The notes under the pieces were generated by a model, which was given only the letters and a program-made list of their open reading frames with translations, did not search any database and had not been told where the DNA came from. 64,000 nt of DNA from a virus: positions 2,402-66,401 of the IMG/VR virus record IMGVR_UViG_3300025759_000085, one strand, 5' to 3'. A program made the translations under genes and the position numbers. The first letter of the stretch is position 1, and every line of letters starts with the position of its first letter. Positions 10,101 to 22,100 of this stretch are shown piece by piece.

Positions 10101-13100
10101 GTCCAGATTCCGGTATGGGCGGTTCTATGCGTCACATGGAGCTTGCGTGGGGGCCGGTATATCAGGAGGGAGGCGACCTTGCTATAGGAGAGCGTGTTAC
10201 TGGGCCAGATGATCCTAGAGGTGAAGGACGTGTTATTGAGCTAGATGGCCCATTTGAGTATGCGCCAGAAAAATTAGAACCTTTCAATGACTTACTACCT
10301 AACCCTGCTACAAGAAGAGACTGGCAGAACATGGGATTAGGCAAGTTTATAAATGATTTTGTAGATAAGTATGGCGAAGAAGAGTTTGTAAAGTTTGCTA
10401 CAGAATATAAAGACCTAATAAACGATCCTCTAAACCTTAATTCTGGTGAGAATGCCGTTACCCATAGTAGTGGTGCATCCGGTATTGAACATACTTGGGC
10501 TAACGGTACGGGCGGCCCTATATTAAAGTTCTTAGAAGAAGACTACAAAGATGAAGAAATAAACAAGTGGAAAGAAGTACCCAGAATAACTGAAGACGAA
10601 GAAATAATTATAGATAGGTACACTGAGGCCACTGAAGAGGTACTTCTTTCAATAGAGTCAGGCACCACGGCATTTGATAGAGAAATAGCTGTAAATCTAG
10701 GTGGAGCTCTGCGTTTAGGTGATGCTTGGGCGGGTAGAAAAGAAAGCCAAAAATACAAAGAGCTTTTAGCAGAGGGAGGTGAAGAATACGCAGAAGAAGA
10801 GTATACAAAACTTTGGTTGGCATCTATACCCGACTATGAAGTAGACGCTTATATTGAGTTACCAAACGCCTTTCAACCGGAAACAATACAGACAAATATG
10901 GGGTGGGATACTAATAGACTATACATGAAAATGCCCGGGGATGATGACATAACCTTTGGTAAGTATGGTGACTGGGTAACTCCCATGTATCTTAATGATG
11001 CTACTGTAAGAAATAGTTTTGCAAATGTTAGTGAGGACAGCGCATTTCCTCATGGCGCGGGTAACGGCGCGGGGTATTTTGTAGATATAGGCACTGAATC
11101 TCAGGTCGGCGATTATACTATGATATGGGTTCAGCTCAATGATTCTCCTAGCACCCTAGAAAAAATATTGGACGATTTGGGCCCACTAAAAGCAATTGTT
11201 CAGATAGGCTTAACCATATTTGGTGGCCCAGCCGGAGCAAAACTAGCTTTAGATATAGAATTAGCTACCATAGCCTTGAAAGTTTTAGATGGGCAAACTT
11301 TGCATGGTGAAGACTGGGCAAGTTTAGCGATTTCTGGACTTGTAAAACTAGGCAAAATTACCATGCCAGTTCCTGAAGAGGTGGCTAAAGCTGAAGCGGC
11401 TGCACGTGGGTTAGCAGAAGGTTCAAAAGCCTATGTGGACTACATGAACGTTGCGCAATCAGGTATTGGTATTGCAGGGATGAATTATAGCCAAACCATA
11501 ACTGTACTTAGAGCTGCAGGTGCGGGAAACCTAGAAGATGCTATATTGCCGGTATTAGTAGATTTTGGTGATGATTGGATTAAAGGCGGACTATCGGCAC
11601 TTGGCGCTTCCGATGAATTTATATCTAACATGACTAAGGAACAGTTCGCTGCTATCAACGGCGTTGTTGAAAAGATGGCTAGGGGAGATGATTTTGACGA
11701 GGCCATTCTTGGTGAAACCATTGACTTTTTAGGAGATTATTTAGGAGATTTATACACCGGCAGTGAGACTCAGAATAAACTTAGAACTTTCTTTGAGGGT
11801 ATGGAAAATGACATAAAAAATATGATGCGGGTTGCGCAAGAATTCATGGGTGACAGTGACCTAGCTAACCTTGGAGACTATCTACTAGGTCAAGTGGAAC
11901 AAATACCTTTTGGAGACATACTGGCCACTATAAATGAGGATTTTGAAGCTACAATGGCTAAACTTCAAAAGGTGTTGGATGAGTCTGAGCTTGTTCAGGG
12001 TATCGACAAATATGTAATAGATAACATAGATAAAGCAATAGATAGTTTTGTAGTGCCGGTAATAGCCAAAGGGAAGTTAATGTATGAAGACCTACCCGAT
12101 GGCGTTAAAAATCAAATAGAAAAATTAGACGAAGACCTAGAAAAATATGTGGGAGCAGCTAATTCACAGTTAGATCCTGCTATTAAAGAAGCAGTTAAGG
12201 TAGGTTTAGTACAGGAACTTCTTGGTCAAGGCGGCACTTTACAATCTAAAGCTCAAATTGTCAGTGCGTTTACACGAGAACTTATAACTGTAGAGCAGTT
12301 AAAGAAAATGGACGCAACTACGGTGGATATACTAACTGCGCCAGTTGCTGCAGCTGGTATAAGAGCGGCGTTAAACACCGTACTACAGGGCAATCCAAAC
12401 GCAGGTGATAACGCGTTACGTGCTATGGCGGCAACGGCGGAAAATGCTATTAGAACTAGTGTAGAGGGTGGTACTTTCCCTTCAGATTTTAAAAACTATA
12501 TGGATAACGTATCCGGCAATTTTGACATAGTTGTCGCAAAAAGGTCGGAATTAGACGATATACAGAAAGAAGGCGATCAGCTATCTATAGATATGGAAAA
12601 CGCGGAAAAAGTGTTGGCTGATCTAAAGAAACAACGAACTGATTTACTCGCCGCCGCCAATGCTCCTGATGCTACTGAAGACGACCAACGTGCCCTAGCT
12701 GAATTACAGCAAGACCCGAACTACAACGCTGCACTAGCAGAGGCTACTAACGAAATAGTTAAAATAAGCACCGAAATAAAGAATTTGGACGCAAAAGAGA
12801 ACGCGTTAGCAGATGAGTATGAAACGCTTAGAGATGATCTAGGACTGCAAAGTCAATTTGATCCAGCGGTTAAAAAATTTAATGGCGATGTAATGCAAAT
12901 AATAATGGAGGCCAACGCTCCAGAAGTTATTAACAACCCGGAAGGATACAGACAACTTAATGGGCTGGGCCCAGATGTTGATGTGATACAGCATTATTTG
13001 TCAGAAGGTATATTTAATGGCGCACCAACAACCGCCGAAGAGTATAACGGGCGTGTAGATGCTGGCGTAGACACTATATATACAGCAGTTATAACTGAGT

Positions 13101-16100
13101 CTGGGATAGACGATTCAAAACTAACATCTGGTGAAAGACTATCTATCCGTAATCAAATAAAACACACAATAGTTACCAATAGGAATCTAGACGACGCAGG
13201 TACTCTCACTGATTTACAGTATGTAGAACGAATAGCAGGGGATGACTTAACTATAGATGTCAACGCTTCCACTGGAGAGATTAGTATTGTTAGCTCTACA
13301 CTAGTCCTTAGTGATTTAGATGGCGCGGTGCTAGCAGGTATTAATAACGCGTACGTTACAGAAGATGGACAACCAGCGGGCTTTACAAACCTAGAACAAG
13401 TAGAAAACCGTATTAAAGCTAGAGAATATGTAGCTAATGAGACCGATCTTTTAAGTTATACTGGAATTCCATTGCAGTTTGACACCCCGGAGGAACAAGA
13501 ACAGTTTTTTCAAACACTCATCAAGGATGGGCAGGTAAGGGTAATTAATGATGCGGGTGAATATACTTGGACAACACCACCATCAAGTATACAACTTGAC
13601 GTAGACACGCAGAGTGTGAATTCAGTACCACAGACACAAGCCGCTACAACTCTAAATGACTTAGTTAATACAGATCCAGATGCGTACCTAAGTATATTGG
13701 GAGGGATGGACAACCAATCTGCTATGGATGCGGTAAATTCCTATCTAGAAAGTGCAGGTATGCCACCGTTAACTCCTACCAATATACTAGGGGTACCTAT
13801 AGAGGGCATACCCAAGGACGAAGACATGCCTTGGATAGTCAGGACAGCTAAAAGGTATTTAGATTGGAAACAACAAGATGTAACTGAACTGCAAGATAAA
13901 ATTAAAGAAATAGAAGACATACCTGAAGACGAAAGATCGTGGTGGCAAAACAATCGTTTAGGCGTATATAAAAACCAACTTGAATATGGCATAGACGCTG
14001 TAGATGACGCAGCAAAATTTGTTTCTACTTCGGCAGCGTTTTTTGGTTACGGAAATACTGCGTTTAGGTCACTAGCTGTTAGTGATGAGGTTATAGCAGC
14101 GCAAATGGAGGGAGAGAAAGCATACAGAGATAAGTTGGTCGAGCTAGCTATAGAAAATGACATAGTAGATAGTGACGTTAACTTTTACACCGATGTACAG
14201 CTTTTTGCTTCTGCACCTTGGGCACAAAGTTTTGTCTATATGATGGAAAACGAGCACCCAGATTTATATGAAGAAGCAAGACTTGCGGGAGTTAAACATA
14301 CAGAGACTCTTTACAAAGACATAGGTTTAGAGTCAATAACAAACAATGAGTTTAGCAATACAGTTGACATGTTGATTGATGTGTCTGAAGGATATTTATC
14401 TTCTACCTATACGGACGAACGTGACGCTATGTACGCAAGGATGAACGAAGCGGAAGGTCAAGGTGCTTGGGCAAATGTTAAAGCGGTGTTTGGTGCGGCT
14501 GTTGAATTTCCGACTATGTTTTACAAAGAGGTAGTTCGAGAAGAGTTAGCCGAAATAGGATGGGAAGTATTAATAGCTAGAGGCGCAGGTAGAGTTGTTA
14601 AGGAGTTTAGTCCTGACATTGCTAAAGACATTACACTTAAAATAGGTATTACAGGTGACGCTAGCGTAGAGTTTGGTTCTACATGGTCAGAGGCAGAATC
14701 AACTATAAGAAACACATTAGAAAACGCAAATATACAATCCCAAAATGCGGGTGGGCCAATTCTCTACACTGAGGATGAGATAGACTACCATTCTGTTAAA
14801 GGTGCTTACGACGCTGCTACCACCACTGTGGCAATAATGGCAGGTACTAACAAGTTTACCTTTAAATTAGATAGACAAATACTAGGTGAAAGCGCTTCAG
14901 AAGTCATAGAACTTACAGGCGACAAGATGCTACGCGTTGGAAATCTTGTTGGAACATCTCTTGCTGAAGGTGCCGGTGAGTTCTTTACAGAGGGTGGAGG
15001 AGCACTAGTTACATCGAGTTATTTGTATGGTCTAGGATTTACAGATATAGACCCACTAGGAGAGGCTGCAAGGTCTGGTACTTTAGGGTTTATAGCGGGA
15101 ACAACTACATCTGCAACTGTAATGGGGTTATCTACTCCCCTAAACGACGTTTTTGGCGGTGATAGTAACGATCCTATTGCTAACACACTTGTTACTCAAT
15201 ATGAACCGCTAAAAGTGGCTATAGAAAATAAAGACGTTCTAACTACAAACGCCCTACTTACGGATATAGGGGTAAGCTCTATGGACTTTCCACAGGTATA
15301 CAATGCAGTTATGAACACAGTAGACGATGAAAACTATGTAACTGTTTTGGAAGCGGAAAGAGCGTATGAATACATAGGGTTTGAACCTTCCGGATCAGAC
15401 ATAGAAGTTGCGCTTACCATGCAAGATCAATTTAGTGCTCCCGGACTTACAGTTAATCTGTCCGATAGGCTGACCGATTACGTAGTAGATAGTTATGGAG
15501 AAGACAAACTTGGGACAGGTCGCACAACAGCACAAAACTATGACATAATAAAGCATCTAGAAGACATGCGAGATGGCATTGTACCACTAGATGCTACGTT
15601 TATTGACGCGCAGACTGGAGAGTCTACACTTACACAAGATGTAATAGACGCTTATGTGGCTGGATTGCCACTAAGAGAACAAAGCCTGTTGGCACAGTAT
15701 AATGAGGATAATCACGTACCCACAAATATAGTGGAAGAACTTGGCGGATCACTTATGACACAAGCAGAAATTGATAAAATCAACACCGCAATTGCAGATT
15801 TGCAAGCCCGCCCCGATTCTCCCACAGCACAGGAGGTTTTAGAAATACTTTTAGCTGATACCAGTATTAGCGGTATTCCAAACCAAGTAAAGAACCTTGT
15901 AGATGCTGCATTCCAAGACGCTACAGCACAGGCCAATTTTGCTGCTGCGGTAGTGCAAAAATTAGTAGATGACGGTTCTTTAGAGACTTTAGCTACAGGT
16001 GAGGTATCTGAGGCTCTAGGTAGCAGTGTAGAAGGTGACGAGTCAGGCATATATTTACTACTTAAAAACTTATCAGCAGACATAGCATCAGGCGATAGCG

Positions 16101-19100
16101 ACGCGGCGACCAACCTAGCCAACGCCGTTGAAGCGTTAAATACAGCGTTAACAAATCAAGGCGTGGCTGATGCTAACGCTAGAGCGGCAATAACAGATTT
16201 ATTGGGTAGTAATGAGGCGGGCAAAGAATCTGGCATATTTAAGGTTCTAAAAGAACTAGACGCAGGTCAAACTACTACAGATCAAGCGGTAGCAAGCGTT
16301 GAAGCTGCATATAAAGCAGCCAACACTGCGCAGGACACAACAATAGCCAGTTTGGCTACAAACTTAGGTAGCCCTGCTACGGACGAAAAGAAAGCCTCGG
16401 GCGTATACTTAGTTATAGAAACCGCTATAGCTGCCGAATCAAGCGCTAGGGAGGAAATACTAGGCGATTACACGGACATTGCTGCGTTTGAGACCGCTTT
16501 AAACTCTACTATGGATGAAAAAGTTAGTGCCTTAAAAACTACTATTGGTGTTCCGGGCGAGTATAAGATAAACGCCGATGGCACCATAAAATATAAAGCA
16601 AACGGTGATCCAGATTGGAAGACCGCACCTACAGGGCATTTTTTAGATGTATACAACGCGTCTAAACTAGAAGGTATTGAGCGTGAAGCAGCTTTATTAG
16701 CGGTGCAAACTAAGTTAGACGCGGACATAGCCAGCGCTAGAGGTCTTGCTACTAGTGAGGCAACTAGAGTAAAAGACGAAATAATAAACACGTATTTCCC
16801 TGCTGCTCCTAGCATTAATCCTGAAGATAACGCAATTATACAACGTATAAACTACATGCAGTCGATTCTAGCTGATGGGCCCGTCCCAAACAGAAACGAT
16901 CCTAGATACGACCCTGTAGCGGACTTTAATGAAAATGGATACATTGGTGTGGGGGATGTTGACAACCTATATAAATCTCTTGGGGCAGAGCAAAGAACTC
17001 GCGTAAGAGACTATATGGTGTTTTTGGATGGTGATACGTTGTTAGGTCAACTAAGGAAAACTCAGCTAGATGCAGACATGCAATTCAACACTTTTGATAA
17101 CAAGTTGACCCTTGCTGTAGATTCTATAAATAACACCATAACCAATGATGTACTAAATCAAATTGGTAAATCGGCTGAAGATAATGATGGTACGGCTACA
17201 GGGCTATACGCAAGAATAGAAGCAGGTGATTCAGATATACTAACAACTCTGGGGGCTATTGGAGAAGATGGTTCAGGTATTTTACGTGATTTAGAGTTAG
17301 CGGGACTTAGTATAAATCAAATACAGCAGTTTTTGGACGATAATATAGGAAAACCTGCCGAAAATAATAACGGTACAGCCACAGGACTTTTTGCTGCAGC
17401 TAAACAGAACGCTGATGCGATTACTGGACTTACATCGGACATTGCCACTATAAATCGGACGCTGTCGAGAACAGCAAGCCAATCCGCTCTAAATAGCACA
17501 AATCAAAGATTATCCACTGCTGAAACCGATATAGATAATTTACAGTCTGACCTAAAAACTGAGCAAGGTAAAGTAACTACCGCGCAAGGTGATATTTCTA
17601 CTCTACAAACTGATTTAACTGCAGCTACTACCAGATTAACTACTGCAGAGGGTAATGTATCTACGCTACAGTCTGACTTACAAACTGAGCAAGGTAAAGT
17701 AACTACCGCGCAAGGTGATATTTCTACTCTACAAACTGATTTGACCGCAGCTACTAATACATTAACTACCGTAGTGGATAATTATGCTTCCTTGGTAGAA
17801 TCAGGTGCAGCTACACAAGCTGATTTAGATAAAGCAGAGGAGGCAGTAGTACAAGCGCAAACAGACATTAGTAATCTAAGAATAGACCTAACTAGCGCTG
17901 AAAGTAGTTTGACTACCGCTCAAGGTAATATTTCTACTTTACAGACTAATCTAGGACTTGAGCAAAGTAAAGTAGCTACCGCGCAAGGTGATATTGATGA
18001 TCTGGAAGATGATTTAACCGAAGCTACTACTAGGTTAACCACTGCGGAAACTAATATAACTACTATAAACGGCAACATTAGCACTTTGCAAAATGATGTT
18101 TCTGGCATGAAAACAACCATTGCTCAGCTAGAGAATGATATAGCAAGTAAAGCGTCTACAGCAGATTTAACCGCCGCTTTAACTCGCGTTAGCTCAGCGG
18201 AAAATGACATTGGCACTCTAGAAACAGAAATGGATGCCGCTGAAGGTAGGTTGCTTACTGCGGAAAATAATATAACTACTATAGAAGGTGACTTACAAAC
18301 TGAACAGGGTAAAGTTTCTACTCTACAAACTGATTTAACTGCAGCTACTGGCAGAGTATCTACCTTAGAAACTAATTTACAAACTGAACAGGGTAAAGTT
18401 TCCACTCTGCAAACTGATTTACAAACTGAACAGGGTAAAGTTTCTACTCTGCAAACTGATTTGTCTTCAGCTACTGGCAGAGTATCTACTCTAGAAACCG
18501 ACCTGACCGCAGCTACTACTAGGTTAAGCACTGCTGAAGGTAAATTAACAACTTTACAAAATACAAGTGCTACTAAAGAACAACTCGACGCAGCAAAAGC
18601 TGATATAAAAACTGAACAGGATAATGTAGATAAGCTACAAACTGATTTACAAACTGAACAGGGTAAAGTTTCTACTCTGCAAACTGATTTGACTGCAGCT
18701 ACTGGCAGAGTATCTACCTTAGAAACTAATTTACAAACTGAACAGGGCAAAGTTTCTACTCTGCAAACTGATTTACAAACTGAACAGGGTAAAGTTTCAC
18801 AGCTACAAATTGATTTATCCAACGCTAATAGCAAAGTTACTAAATTACAAACAGACTTAAATAATGCTGTTGCAAGAGTAACTACTGCAGAGGATGACAT
18901 TGACACCCTAGAAACAGAAATGGATGCCGCTGAAGGTAGGTTAGATACGGCAGAAACTACGTTGGATACCGTACAGACTTCGCTGGGTCAAAAAGCGTCT
19001 GTAGAGTCTTTGAATAATGCCACAACTAGACTTACTACAGCAGAAGGTAAAGTATCCACCCTAGAACAAGAAATGGATGCCGCTGAAGGTAGGTTGGCTG

Positions 19101-22100
19101 ATGCAGAAACTAAGTTAGACAGCGCCGCCACATCTAAACAAATTGATGACGCGAACACACTAATTGATGCTGCAGAAAAAGATATTAAAGAGCTAACAAC
19201 TGCGCTAGATACAGAAAAAGGTAAGGTAACTAAAGCGCAAACTGATATAAATGCAATACAAACATCACTTACCAAGAAAGCAGCGCAAACTGATTTAGAT
19301 AGTGCTAAAGACAGAATTACCGACGCTGAAGCTGAGGTAGATACTCTACAAACTGATTTACAAACTGAACAGGGTAAAGTTTCACAGCTACAAACTGATT
19401 TGACGGCAGCTACTGGTAGATTAACTACTGCAGAAACTGCGTTAAAAACTTTACAAGAATCAGGCGCAGCTACACAAACTGATTTAGATACAGCAGAAGC
19501 TGATATAAAAATTGAACAGGATAATGTAGATAAGCTACAAACTGATTTGTCTTCAGCTACTGGCAGAGTATCTACTCTAGAAACCGACCTGACCGCAGCT
19601 ACTACTAGGTTAAGCACTGCTGAAGAAAACATAACTAGCCTACAAGGCGCGTTAGGAAGACTTTCCAGCGCTGAATTGAGCTTAGCTCAAGCACAATTAG
19701 ATCTTGGCAACGCTGCTACAAAAGAAGAATTAGAAACTGCTAAGCAAAGATTAAGCACGGCTGAAACTAGTATATCCACCATAACCGGTGACATCACGAA
19801 TTTACAGACTCTAGTAGGTACAAAAGCCAGCACGGAAGATTTAGAGGCCGCTAAACTAAGATTAGCTACTGCAGAGGGTAAAGTAGAAACTCTAGAAAGT
19901 GAAATGAATGCCGCTGAGCAGAGGCTGGATAAGGCAGAAACTGATGTTGAAAATCTAGATGAAACTTTAACAAATACTACAAACGCGCTAACAACCGCTA
20001 CTGACAGAGTATCCACATTAGAAACTGATTTACAAACTGAACAGGGTAAAGTTTCTACGCTGCAAACTGATTTGACCGCAGCTACTACTAGGTTAAGCAC
20101 TGCTGAAGGTAAATTAACAACCTTACAAAATACAAGTGCTACTAAAGAACAACTCGACGCAGCAAAAGCTGATATACAAACTGAACAGGATAATGTAGAT
20201 AAGTTACAAACTGATTTGGGTGCTGCGCAGACAAATATAACTAACCTACAGTCTGACTTAGAAATTGAGAAAGGTAAAGTAACTACCGCGCAAGGTGATA
20301 TTTCTACTCTACAAACTGATTTGACCGCAGCTACTGGTAGATTAACTACTGCTGAAGATAACGTTACTAATTTACGACTAGACTTATCAACTGCTGAAAC
20401 TAACCTATCCGAAGCTCAAAACGATATTGCGAAAATACAGACATCTTTATCCGGAACACAAGATGATTTAGATAAGGCTGTAACTAGAGTTACTGACGCT
20501 GAACTCGAGATAGATACTTTACAGTCTGACTTAGAAACTGAACAGAATAATGTAGATAAAGCTCAAACAGACATTACTAATCTACGAACTGATTTGACTG
20601 CTGCTGAAACTAGATTAACCACTGCTGAAAGTGAGTTAACGGCTTTACAAGGATCAGGTGCAGCTACACAAGCTGATTTAGATAAAGCAGAGACGGCAGT
20701 AAAACAAGCACAAACAGATGTTGATACCATTAAAGGAAGGTTAACTAGCGCTGAAGGAAGATTAAATACTGCAGAAGACAATATTACTTCCCTAACTGGA
20801 CGCATCACTAGTGCGGAGAGCGATTTAACTACTGCAAAAGATGATCTTACAAATTTACAGACAGAAGTAGGTAAGAAAGCAGCGCAAACTGATTTAGATA
20901 ATGCTAAATCTAGAATTGCCAACGCTGAAACTAATATAACCAATCTACAAACTGATTTACAAACTGAACAGGGTAATGTAGATACGCTACAAACTGATTT
21001 AGAAGCTGCTGAAACTAGACTGACTACTGCAGAAGCTGCGTTAGTAACTTTACAAGGATCAGGTGCAGCTACACAAGCTGATTTAGATAAAGCAGAAGCT
21101 GATATACAAACTGAACAGGGTAAAGTTTCTACTCTGCAAACTGATTTGACTGCAGCTACTGGCAGAGTATCTACTCTAGAAACTAATTTAGAAACGGCTA
21201 CTAACAATTTAGCACAGGCACAAGAACAACTACTTGAAATAACGACTTCGTTAGGTACAAAAGCCGAACAAGCTGACCTAGTGCTTGCCCAAGGAAGATT
21301 AACTGACGCTGAGACTAAAGTAGGTCAGCTACAAACTGATTTGACTGCAGCTACCACCAGATTGACTACTGCAGAGAATAATTATGCTTCATTGCTAGAA
21401 ACCGGCACGGCTACACAAGGCGATCTAGACACGGCTGAAATAGCCATAGAAATTGCAAAAGGCGACATTAGTGATTTAGAAACTGCCTTAGAAACTGAGC
21501 AAGGTAAAGTAACTGCCGCCCAACAAGATATTACTACCCTACAAGCTGATGTTGCAACTAAAGCTGCGCAGACTGATTTAGAAGCGGCTGAAACTAGACT
21601 GACTACTGCAGAAGCTACGTTACTATCTTTACAAGAATCAGGTACAGCTACACAGGCGGATCTAGACAAAGCAGAGGAGGCAGTAGCACAAGCACAAACA
21701 GATGTTACTAATCTAAGAACTGATTTGGGTACTGCGCAAACAGATATTACTACCCTACAAGCTGATGTTGCAACTAAAGCTGCGCAGACTGATTTAGAAG
21801 CTGCTGAAACTAGATTAACCACTGCAGAAAATAATTATGCTTCATTGCTAGAAAGCGGTACAGCTACACAGGCGGATCTAGACAAAGCAGAGGAGGCAGT
21901 AGCACAAGCACAAACAGATGTTACTAATCTAAGAACTGATTTAGGTACTGCCCAACAAGATATTACTACGCTACAAGCTGATGTTGCAACTAAAGCTGCG
22001 CAGACTGATTTAGAAGCTGCTGAAACTAGATTAACCACTGCAGAAAATAATTATGCTTCATTGCTAGAAAGCGGTACTGCTACACAGGCGGATCTAGACA